From the NCBI GenBank assembly GCA_032718475.1, contig JAUCBJ010003523.1:1-32872 (forward strand): DNA of 32,872 nucleotides, in the 5' to 3' direction. The notes beneath the pieces are model-generated. The model was not told the DNA's origin. It did not search any database and saw only the letters and a list, made by a program, of their open reading frames with translations. The DNA is from Nemertoderma westbladi. Lineage: Eukaryota > Animalia > Xenacoelomorpha. Positions 1 through 11,800 of the stretch are shown piece after piece (the first letter of the stretch is position 1; each line of letters begins with the position of its first letter). The position numbers were made by a program, and so were the translations under genes.

Positions 1-372
1 AAGTTTACTGGAGAAGTCCAGGTTTCCCATCGCATAAAGATGACAGTTCGTTTACCTATTAGTTGCAGATGTAATCTGAGTGATTGTGATGGGAACGCTA
101 TACCTCCAATTCAACACGTAATTTTGTAATCTGCAGATATTCTATATGTTTTCGATTAAACTGCAGGGAAGAATCAGTACTACAGCACTATTGTGTTAGA
201 ATTATAATTAGAATTAACAAATTAGTATTGGCTGTGTTGAAATATTGTATAATTATTATTGCATAAATAAAAATATTCTTTACAGTTGCTGCTTTTTTTG
301 TGGACTGGCCCCAAAATCGCCAAAAAATAGAATTACATTTGATAATTTAAATTAAATTATTTGTCAGTAGAA

Positions 373-465
373 GGGGGGGGGGGGGGGGGGGGGGGGTGGC
401 AACGAAGAGACGACATGATAGCAAAAGGTCGAAGCTAAGCGGCGAGGGGGGGGGGGGGGGGGGGG
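373..465. repeat. Two poly-G homopolymer runs (373-396 and 446-465)
   Basis: Runs of about 24 and 20 G read directly; they explain the poly-Pro minus-strand ORFs at 347-589. Confidence 0.9.
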
Positions 466-3400
466 TTCTTGGCAGAGTATCATACTGACATAATACAAGA
501 CAGGGTGCTGAATGAACCTGGCTAATAGTAAGAATGAACCTGGATAATCGACATAAAAGACCCCTACCATTTCTTACCGAAATTGTCACTCGAAAGGGTC
601 TTGGAGTGTTGCCAGGGGCCGGATACCGACCGAGGGGTTAATACAGTGTCTTTGAGATTAGGGGCCTGTATTTACTGCTGTGGGGGACAGATGATGGTTC
701 CTGACCTGGGCTTTAGGGACAACTAGCTTCTTATATTTTCTTCCATGTATAATAACAATATATCATAGGTAATAAACAGTAACCGGTAATAGCTCAAGGT
801 CTGAGCTCAATGTGATGAACAAAGAAAGAACTCTGGGTTTATAGCGGAACCAATCATACGGCTACACCAAGGTGCAACCTTGCCGCGTCCTACACCGTAA
901 AATCTAATGCTCTATCTCAATAGAATATATTGCAACACTGAACTATTTTTTTTTATAATTCACGATAACACTAGGTATAACCTAGTGAGAGAGGGATGGT
1001 GATTGATCTACCTAGAGAGAGAGGGATGGTGATTGATCTACCTAGAGAGAGAGGGATGGTGATTGATCTACCTAGAGAGAGAGGGATGGTGATTGATCTA
1101 CCTAGAGAGAGAGGGATGGTGATTGATCTACCTAGAGAGAGAGGGATGGTGATTGATCTACCTAGAGAGAGAGGGATGGTGATTGATCTACCTAGAGAGA
1201 GAGGGATGGTGATTGATCTACCTAGAGAGAGAGGGATGGTGATTGATCTACCTAGAGAGAGAGGGATGGTGATTGATCTACCTAGAGAGAGAGGGATGGT
1301 GATTGATCTACCTAGAGAGAGAGGGATGGTGATTGATCTACCTAGAGAGAGAGGGATGGTGATTGATCTACCTAGAGAGAGAGGGATGGTGATTGAGTCT
1401 ACCTAGAGAGAGAGGGATGGTGATTGATCTACCTAGAGAGAGAGGGATGGTGATTGATCTACCTAGAGAGAGAGGATGGTGATTGATCTACCTAGAGAGA
1501 GAGAGGGATGGTGATTGGTCTACCTAGAGAGAGAGGGATGGTGATTGGTCTACCTAGAGAGAGAGGGATGGTGATTGATCTACCTAGAGAGAGAGGGATG
1601 GTGATTGATCTACCTAGAGAGAGAGGGATGGTGATTGATCTACCTAGAGAGAGAGGGATGGTGATTGATCTACCTAGAGAGAAGGGATGGTGATTGATCT
1701 ACCTAGAGAGAGAGGGATGGTGATTGGTCTACCTAGAGAGAGAGGGATGGTGATTGATCTACCTAGAGAGAGAGGGATGGTGATTGATCTACCTAGAGAG
1801 AGAGGGATGGTGATTGATCTACCTAGAGAGAGAGGGATGGTGATTGATCTACCTAGAGAGAGAGGGATGGTGATTGATCTACCTAGAGAGAGAGGGATGG
1901 TGATTGATCTACCTAGAGAGAGAGGGATGGTGATTGATCTACCTAGAGAGAGAGGGATGGTGATTGATCTACCTAGAGAGAGAGGGATGGTGATTGATCT
2001 ACCTAGAGAGAGAGGGATGGTGATTGATCTACCTAGAGAGAGAGGGATGGTGATTGATCTACCTAGAGAGAGAGGGGATGGTGATTGATCTACCTAGAGA
2101 GAGAGGGATGGTGATTGATCTACCTAGAGAGAGAGGGATGGTGATTGATCTACCTAGAGAGAGAGGGATGGTGATTGATCTACCTAGAGAGAGAGGGATG
2201 GTGATTGATCTACCTAGAGAGAGAGGGATGGTGATTGGTCTACCTAGAGAGAGAGGGATGGTGATTGATCTACCTAGAGAGAGAGGGATGGTGATTGATC
2301 TACCTAGAGAGAGAGGGATGGTGATTGATCTACCTAGAGAGAGAGGGATGGTGATTGATCTACCTAGAGAGAGAGGGATGGTGATTGATCTACCTAGAGA
2401 GAGAGGGATGGTGATTGATCTACCTAGAGAGAGAGGGATGGTGATTGATCTACCTAGAGAGAGAGGGATGGTGATTGATCTACCTAGAGAGAGAGGGATG
2501 GTGATTGATCTACCTAGAGAGAGAGGGATGGTGATTGATCTACCTAGAGAGAGAGGGATGGTGATTGATCTACCTAGAGAGAGAGGGATGGTGATTGATC
2601 TACCTAGAGAGAGAGGGATGGTGATTGATCTACCTAGAGAGGAGAGGGATGGTGATTGATCTACCTAGAGAGAGAGGGATGGTGATTGATCTACCTAGAG
2701 AGAGAGGGATGGTGATTGATCTACCTAGAGAGAGAGGGATGGTGATTGATCTACCTAGAGAGAGAGGGATGGTGATTGATCTACCTAGAGAGAGAGGGAT
2801 GGTGATTGATCTACCTAGAGAGAGAGGGATGGTGATTGATCTACCTAGAGAGAGAGAGAGGGATGGTGATTGATCTACCTAGAGAGAGATGGATGGTGAT
2901 TGATCTACCTAGAGAGAGAGGGATGGTGATTGATCTACCTAGAGAGAGAGGGATGGTGATTGATCTACCTAGAGAGAGAGGGATGGTGATTGATCTACCT
3001 CGAGAGAGAGATGGATGGTGATTGATCTACCTAGAGAAAGAGGGATGGTGATTGATCTACCTCAGAGAGAGGGAAGGTAATTGATCTACCTAGAGAGAGA
3101 GGGATGGTGATTGATCTACCTCGAGAGAGAGATGGATGGTGATTGATCTACCTAGAGAAAGAGGGATGGTGATTGATCTACCTCAGAGAGAGGGATGGTG
3201 ATTGATCTACCTAGAGAGAGAGGGATGGTGATTGATCTACCTCAGAGAGAGGGTTGGTAATTGATCTACCTAGAGAGAGAGGGATGGTGATTGATCTACC
3301 TAGAGAGAGAGAGAGGGATGGTGATTGATCTACCTAGAGAGAGAGAGAGGGATGGTGATTGATCTACCTCAGAGAGAGGGTTGGTAATTGATCTACCTAG

Positions 3401-4708
3401 AGAGAGAGGGATGGTGATTGATCTACCTAGAGAGAGAGAGAGGGATGGTGATTGATCTACCTAGAGAGAGAGGGATGGTGATTGATCTACCTAGAGAAAG
3501 AGGGGTGGTGATTGATCTACCTAGAGAGAGAGGGATGGTGATTGATCTACCTAGAGAGAGAGAGAGGGATGGTGATTGATCTACCTAGAGAGAGAGGGAT
3601 GGTGATTGGTCTACCTAGAGAGAGAGGGATGGTGATTGATCTACCTAGAGAGAGAGGGATGGTGATTGATCTACCTAGAGAAAGAGGGATGGTGATTGAT
3701 CTACCTAGAGAGAGAGAGAGGGATGGTGATTGATCTACCTAGAGAGAGAGGGATGGTGATTGATCTACCTAGAGAGAGAGGGATGGTGATTGATCTACCT
3801 AGAGAGAGAGGGATGGTGATTGATCTACCTAGAGAGAGAGGGATGGTGATTGATCTACCTAGAGAGAGAGAGAGGGATGGTGATTGATCTACCTAGAGAG
3901 AGAGGGATGGTGATTGATCTACCTAGAGAGAGAGGGATGGTGATTGATCTACCTAGAGAGAGAGGGATGGTGATTGATCTACCTAGAGAGAGAGAAGGAT
4001 GGTGATTGATCTACCTAGAGAGAGAGGGATGGTGATTGATCTACCTAGAGAGAGAGAGAGAGGGATGGTGATTGATCTACCTAGAGAGAGAGAGAGGGAT
4101 GGTGATTGATCTACCTAGAGAGAGAGGGATGGTGATTGATCTACCTAGAGAGAGAGGGATGGTGATTGATCTACCTAGAGAGAGAGGGATGGTGATTGAT
4201 CTACCTAGAGAGAGAGAGAGGGATGGTGATTGATCTACCTAGAGAGAGAGGGATGGTGATTGATCTACCTAGAGAAAGAGGGATGGTGATTGATCTACCT
4301 AGAGAGAGAGGGATGGTGATTGATCTACCTAGAGAGAGAGGGATGGTGATTGATCTACCTAGAGAGAGAGGGATGGTGATTGATCTACCTAGAGAGAGAG
4401 GGATGGTGATTGATCTACCTAGAGAGAGAGGAATGGTGATTGATCTACCTAGAGAGAGAGGGATGGTAATTGATCTACCTAGAGAGAGAGGGATGGTGAT
4501 TGATCTACCTAGAGAGAGAGAGAGGGATGGTGATTGATCTACCTAGAGAGAGAGGGATGGTGATTGATCTACCTAGAGAGAGAGGGATGGTGATTGATCT
4601 ACCTAGAGAGAGAGGGATGGTGATTGATCTACCTAGAGAGAGAGGGATGGTGATTGATCTACCTAGAGAGAGAGGAATGGTGATTGATCTACCTAGAGAG
4701 AGAGGGAT

Positions 4709-5877
4709 ACTACTAGGATCGGCATGCTGCATTGCAGCTGCATTTTTAAGAATGCTGTGCCGGCTTGTCAACAAAATTGCACCGCCACAACTCCCTATCA
4801 CCCATGACATTTGCTAGATCATCCGCATCTTTAAGGCCAGTGTCCTTTAAGATGCGTCTCAAGAAAGTCATGGGCTGTCCACCATGCTTATTCACTCCAT
4901 GAGGCTGCCAAAGTACAAGATTATGCACTGGCTGGTCCTCACGGCGAAAGCAATGTCCTGCAAAGCGGAGGCGATTTTGTTCTAGTGTCAAGCTTGGGGG
5001 AACCAATGAGACACCTCCAATGTTATATAGTGTCTGGTTGGAGATGTGTGCATTGTACTTGACACAATGTACCCGGCGTAGCATTCTTGTGAATGTGCCA
5101 TCCAGAGATTTGGTGTCCTCAGCAGTTAGAGCCCAGCATGGACTCCCGTAGAGGAGTACTGGAACTACTGCTGCTCTAAATAATCGGACCTTAAGTTTCC
5201 GATTAATTCTAGGTGACTTCCAAATCCTGGAAAGCCTATTCAAGGCTTCCCATGCCTTTCCCTTACGTATTCGAAGGTCCTCACCTGACGTCCGGATCCA
5301 TGATCCCAGGTAACAGAAGTCGTCCACATGCTCAAGCATACCATCCTTTGAGCTTATGCTCATCCGATCAGAGACTTGCTGAGGACTTTCAAAGTTAACT
5401 GTCAGAATTTTGGTCTTTCTGGAGTTAATAAAAAGACCAACACTAGAAGCAGCATGTTCTAATGAGCTGAGGAGCCGCTGGGCTCCCTCTAATGATTCTG
5501 AGAGTACTCCTAAGTCATCAGCAAAGTCTAGATCAGTTAGGTACTTGGCAGGATTTCCTCGACTTCTGGAGCCAGTAGGTGGAGTTATCATCACCCCATC
5601 ATCATTATGATGATCCAAGGACATGCGTAGAACATAGTCAACCACAATAATGAACAAGAATGGTGCAAGTGTGTCTCCTTGGAGGACGCCCCATAACACT
5701 TCAAATGGTTCTGTGTCACCGTCAACAGTAGACACAAATGTTGTCGAACCATCGTATACTGATCTGATTGCTGCAATAATTTCATCAGGAATCCCATATA
5801 ATGAAAGTATGCTGAACATACGTGAGCGAGAGACTGAATCAAAGGCCTTGAAGAAGTCAACAAAGATAACAGCCAGA
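4709..5877 (-). mobile_element. 5'-truncated RTE-type non-LTR retrotransposon (LINE), copy 1, inserted in the minisatellite
   Basis: RT motifs DFFKAFDSV, GVLQGDTLAPFLF, LDFADD, FCYLGS and VLLYGS, a short 3' UTR and a (TAG)n tail. Flanking duplication AGAGAGAGGGAT at 4697-4708 and 5875-5886. Confidence 0.93.
4746..5819 (-). CDS. Uninterrupted C-terminal part of the LINE reverse transcriptase ORF (truncated, not independently functional)
   Basis: 357-aa ORF with non-LTR RT motifs. The frame continues to the truncation point near 5877 (LAVIFVDFFKAFDSVSRSR). Confidence 0.8.
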   Translation of the reverse strand: MFSILSLYGIPDEIIAAIRSVYDGSTTFVSTVDGDTEPFEVLWGVLQGDTLAPFLFIIVVDYVLRMSLDHHNDDGVMITPPTGSRSRGNPAKYLTDLDFADDLGVLSESLEGAQRLLSSLEHAASSVGLFINSRKTKILTVNFESPQQVSDRMSISSKDGMLEHVDDFCYLGSWIRTSGEDLRIRKGKAWEALNRLSRIWKSPRINRKLKVRLFRAAVVPVLLYGSPCWALTAEDTKSLDGTFTRMLRRVHCVKYNAHISNQTLYNIGGVSLVPPSLTLEQNRLRFAGHCFRREDQPVHNLVLWQPHGVNKHGGQPMTFLRRILKDTGLKDADDLANVMGDRELWRCNFVDKPAQHS

Positions 5878-8800
5878 GAGAGGGATGGTGATTGATCTAC
5901 CTAGAGAGAGAGGGATGGTGATTGATCTACCTAGAGAGAGAGGGATGGTGATTGATCTACCTAGAGAGAGAGGGATGGTGATTGATCTACCTAGAGAGAG
6001 AGGGATGGTGATTGATCTACCTAGAGAGAGAGGGATGGTGATTGATCTACCTAGAGAGAGAGGGATGGTGATTGATCTACCTAGAGAGAGAGGGATGGTG
6101 ATTGATCTACCTAGAGAGAGAGGGATGGTGATTGATCTACCTAGAGAGAGAGGGATGGTGATTGATCTACCTAGAGAGAGAGGGATGGTGATTGATCTAC
6201 CTAGAGAGAGAGGAATGGTGATTGATCTACCTAGAGAGAGAGGGATGGTGATTGATCTACCTAGAGAGAGAGGGATGGTGATTGATCTACCTAGAGAGAG
6301 AGGGATGGTGATTGATCTACCTAGAGAGAGAGAGAGGGATGGTGATTGATCTACCTAGAGAGAGAGGGATGGTGATTGGTCTACCTAGAGAGAGAGGGAT
6401 GGTGATTGATCTACCTAGATAGAGAGGGATGGTGATTGATCTACCTAGAGAGAGATGGATGGTGATTGATCTACCTAGAGAGAGAGGGATGGTGATTGAT
6501 CTACCTAGAGAGAGAGGAGGGATGGTGATTGATCTACCTAGAGAGAGAGGGATGGTGATTGATCTACCTAGAGAGAGAGGGATGGTGATTGATCTACCTA
6601 GAGAGAGAGGGATGGTGATTGATCTACCTAGAGAGAGATGGATGGTGATTGATCTACCTAGAGAGAGATGGATGGTGATTGGTCTACCTAGAGAGAGAGG
6701 GATGGTGATTGATCTACCTAGAGAGAGAGGGATGGTGATTGATCTACCTAGAGAGAGAGGGATGGTGATTGATCTACCTAGAGAGAGAGGGATGGTGATT
6801 GATCTACCTAGAGAGAGAGGGATGGTGATTGATCTACCTAGAGAGAGAGGGATGGTGATTGATCTACCTAGAGAGAGAGGGATGGTGATTGATCTACCTA
6901 GAGAGAGAGGGATGGTGATTGATCTACCTAGAGAGAGAGGGATGGTGATTGATCTACCTAGAGAGAGAGGGATGGTGATTGATCTACCTAGAGAGAGAGG
7001 GATGGTGATTGATCTACCTAGAGAGAGAGGGATGGTGATTGATCTACCTAGAGAGAGAGGGATGGTGATTGATCTACCTAGAGAGAGAGGGATGGTGATT
7101 GATCTACCTAGAGAGAGAGGGATGGTGATTGATCTACCTAGAGAGAGAGGGATGGTGATTGATCTACCTAGAGAGAGAGGGATGGTGATTGATCTACCTA
7201 GAGAGAGAGGGATGGTGATTGATCTACCTAGAGAGAGAGGGATGGTGATTGATCTACCTAGAGAGAGAGGGATGGTGATTGATCTACCTAGAGAGAGAGG
7301 GATGGTGATTGATCTACCTAGAGAGAGAGGGATGGTGATTGATCTACCTAGAGAGAGAGGGATGGTGATTGATCTACCTAGAGAGAGAGGGATGGTGATT
7401 GATCTACCTAGAGAGAGAGGGATGGTGATTGATCTACCTAGAGAGAGAGGGATGGTGATTGATCTACCTAGAGAGAGAGGGATGGTGATTGATCTACCTA
7501 GAGAGAGAGGGATGGTGATTGATCTACCTAGAGAGAGAGGGATGGTGATTGATCTACCTAGAGAGAGAGGGATGGTGATTGATCTACCTAGAGAGAGAGG
7601 GGATGGTGATTGATCTACCTGAGAGAGAGAGAGAGGGATGGTGATTGATCTACCTAGAGAGAGAGGGATGGTGATTGATCTACCTAGAGAGAGAGGAGGG
7701 ATGGTGATTGATCTACCTAGAGAGAAAGGGATGATGATTGATCTACCTAGAGAGATGAGAGGGATGGTGATTGATCTACCTAGAGAGAGAGGGATGGTGA
7801 TTGATCTACCTAGAGAGAGAGGGATGGTGATTGATCTACCTAGAGAGAGAGGGATGGTGATTGATCTACCTAGAGAGAGAGGGATGGTGATTGATCTACC
7901 TAGAGAGAGAGGGATGGTGATTGATCTACCTAGAGAGAGAGGGATGGTGATTGATCTACCTGAGAGAGAGAGGGATGGTGATTGATCTACCTAGAGAGAG
8001 AGGGATGGTGATTGATCTACCTAGAGAGAGAGGGATGGTGATTGGTCTACCTAGAGAGAGAGGGATGGTGATTGATCTACCTAGAGAGAGAGGGATGGTG
8101 ATTGATCTACCTAGAGAGAGAGGGATGGTGATTGATCTACCTAGAGAGAGAGGGATGGTGATTGATCTACCTAGAGAGAGAGGGATGGTGATTGATCTAC
8201 CTAGAGAGAGAGGGATGGTGATTGATCTACCTAGAGAGAGAGGGATGGTGATTGATCTACCTAGAGAGAGAGGGATGGTGATTGATCTACCTAGAGAGAG
8301 AGGGATGGTGATTGATCTACTCGAGAGAGAGGGATGGTGATTGATCCTGACCAATCACCTACCTAGAGAGAGAGGGATGGTGATTGATCTACCTAGAGAG
8401 AGAGGGATGGTGATTGATCTACCTAGAGAGAGAGGGATGGTGATTGATCTACCTAGAGAGAGAGGGATGGTGATTGATCTACCTAGAGAGAGAGAGGGAT
8501 GGTGATTGATCTCCCTAGAGAGAGATGGATGGTGATTGATCTGTCTAGAGAAAGAGGGATGGTGATTGATCTACCTAGAGAGAGAGGGATGGTGATTGAT
8601 CTACCTCGAGAGAGAGGGATGGTGATTGATCTACCTAGAGAGAGAGGGATGGTGATTGATCTACCTAGAGAGAGAGGGATGGTGATTGATCTACCTCGAG
8701 AGAGAGGGATGGTGATTGATCTACCTAGAGAGAGAGAGAGGGATGGTGATTGATCTACCTAGAGAAAGAGGGATGGTGATTGATCTACCTCGAGAGAGAG

Positions 8801-11800
8801 GGATGGTGATTGATCTACCTAGAGAGAGAGGGATGGTGATTGATCTACCTAGAGAGAGAGGGATGGTGATTGATCTACTCGAGAGAGAGGGATGGTGATT
8901 GATCCTGACCAATCACCTACCTAGAGAGAGAGGGATGGTGATTGATCTACCTAGAGAGAGAGGGATGGTGATTGATCTACCTCGAGAGAGAGGGATGGTG
9001 ATTGATCTACCTAGAGAGAGAGGGATGGTGATTGATCTACCTAGAGAGAGAGAGAGGGATGGTGATTGATCTCCCTAGAGAGAGATGGATGGTGATTGAT
9101 CTGTCTAGAGAAAGAGGGATGGTGATTGATCTACCTAGAGAGAGAGGGATGGTGATTGATCTACCTCGAGAGAGAGGGATGGTGATTGATCTACCTAGAG
9201 AGAGGGATGGTGATTGATCTACCTAGAGAGAGAGGGATGGTGATTGATCTACCTCAGAGAGAGGGTTGGTGATTGATCTACCTAGAGAGAGAGGGATGGT
9301 GATTGATCTACCTAGAGAGAGAGGGATGGTGATTGATCTACCTAGAGAGAGATGGATGGTGATTGATCTACCTAGAGAAAGAGGGATGGTGATTGATCTA
9401 CCTAGAGAGAGAGGGATGGTGATTGATCTACCTAGAGAGAGAGATGGATGGTGATTGATCTACCTCGAGAGAGAGGGATGGTGGTTGGTCTACCTAGAGA
9501 GAGAGGGATGGTGATTGATCTACCTAGAGAGAGAGAGGGATTGTGATTGATCTACCTAGAGAGAGATGGATGGTGATTGATCTACCTAGAGAGAGAGGGA
9601 TGGTGATTGATCTACCTAGAGAGAGAGATGGATGGTGATTGATCTACCTAGAGAGAGAGAGAGAGGGATGGTGATTGATCTACCTAGAGAGAGAGATGGA
9701 TGGTGATTGATCTACCTAGAGAGAGAGGGATGGTGATTGATCTACCTAGAGAGAGAGGGATGGTGATTGATCTACCTAGAGAGAGATGGATGGTGATTGA
9801 TCTACCTAGAGAAAGAGGGATGGTGATTGATCTACCTAGAGAGAGAGGGATGGTGATTGATCTACCTAGAGAGAGATGGATGGTGATTGATCTACCTAGA
9901 GAGAGAGGGATGGTGATTGATCTACCTAGAGAGAGATGGATGGTGATTGATCTACCTAGAGAAAGAGGGATGGTGATTGATCTACCTAGAGAGAGAGGGA
10001 TGGTGATTGATCTACCTAGAGAGAGAGATGGATGGTGATTGATCTACCTAGAGAGAGAGGGATGGTGATTGATCTACCTAGAGAGAGAGGGATGGTGATT
10101 GATCTACCTAGAGAGAGAGGGATGGTGATTGATCTACTCGAGAGAGAGGGATGGTGATTGATCCTGACCAATCACCTACCTAGAGAGAGAGGGATGGTGA
10201 TTGATCTACCTAGAGAGAGAGGGATGGTGATTGATCTACCTCGAGAGAGAGGGATGGTGATTGATCTACCTAGAGAGAGAGGGATGGTGATTGATCTACC
10301 TAGAGAGAGAGAGAGGGATGGTGATTGATCTCCCTAGAGAGAGATGGATGGTGATTGATCTGTCTAGAGAAAGAGGGATGGTGATTGATCTACCTAGAGA
10401 GAGAGGGATGGTGATTGATCTACCTCGAGAGAGAGGGATGGTGATTGATCTACCTAGAGAGAGGGATGGTGATTGATCTACCTAGAGAGAGAGGGATGGT
10501 GATTGATCTACCTCAGAGAGAGGGTTGGTGATTGATCTACCTAGAGAGAGAGGGATGGTGATTGATCTACCTAGAGAGAGAGGGATGGTGATTGATCTAC
10601 CTAGAGAGAGATGGATGGTGATTGATCTACCTAGAGAAAGAGGGATGGTGATTGATCTACCTAGAGAGAGAGGGATGGTGATTGATCTACCTAGAGAGAG
10701 AGATGGATGGTGATTGATCTACCTCGAGAGAGAGGGATGGTGGTTGGTCTACCTAGAGAGAGAGGGATGGTGATTGATCTACCTAGAGAGAGAGAGGGAT
10801 TGTGATTGATCTACCTAGAGAGAGATGGATGGTGATTGATCTACCTAGAGAGAGAGGGATGGTGATTGATCTACCTAGAGAGAGAGATGGATGGTGATTG
10901 ATCTACCTAGAGAGAGAGAGAGAGGGATGGTGATTGATCTACCTAGAGAGAGAGATGGATGGTGATTGATCTACCTAGAGAGAGAGGGATGGTGATTGAT
11001 CTACCTAGAGAGAGAGGGATGGTGATTGATCTACCTAGAGAGAGATGGATGGTGATTGATCTACCTAGAGAAAGAGGGATGGTGATTGATCTACCTAGAG
11101 AGAGAGGGATGGTGATTGATCTACCTAGAGAGAGATGGATGGTGATTGATCTACCTAGAGAGAGAGGGATGGTGATTGATCTACCTAGAGAGAGATGGAT
11201 GGTGATTGATCTACCTAGAGAGAGAGGGATGGTGATTGATCTACCTAGAGAGAGAGGGATGGTGATTGATCTACCTAGAGAGAGAGATGGATGGTGATTG
11301 ATCTACCTAGAGAGAGAGGGATGGTGATTGATCTACCTAGAGAGAGAGATGGATGGTGATTGATCTACCTAGAGAGAGAGGGATGGTGATTGATCTACCT
11401 AGAGAGAGATGGATGGTGATTGATCTACCTAGAGAAAGAGGGATGGTGATTGATCTACCTAGAGAGAGAGGGATGGTGATTGATCTACCTAGAGAGAGAT
11501 GGATGGTGATTGATCTACCTAGAGAAAGAGGGATGGTGATTGATCTACCTCAGAGAGAGGGTTGGTGATTGATCTACCTAGAGAGAGAGGGATGGTGATT
11601 GATCTACCTAGAGAGAGAGGGATGGTGATTGATCTACCTAGAGAGAGATGGATGGTGATTGATCTACCTAGAGAAAGAGGGATGGTGATTGATCTACCTA
11701 GAGAGAGAGGGATGGTGATTGATCTACCTAGAGAGAGAGATGGATGGTGATTGATCTACCTCGAGAGAGAGGGATGGTGATTGATCTACCTAGAGAGAGA

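Noticed and set aside
347-589. Proline-rich minus-strand ORFs
   Set aside because: The poly-Pro comes from two G homopolymers; there is no other coding signal.
4746-5819. Bacterial retron, DGR or group II intron RT associated with a repeat array
   Set aside because: The motifs, (TAG)n tail, TSD, 5' truncation and the APE-bearing sister copy identify an ordinary eukaryotic RTE-type LINE.
5213-5895. Plus-strand ORFs overlapping the LINE copies (also 19566-19920, 20392-20802, 21617-21898)
   Set aside because: They are antisense shadows of the RT coding sequence with no independent motifs.
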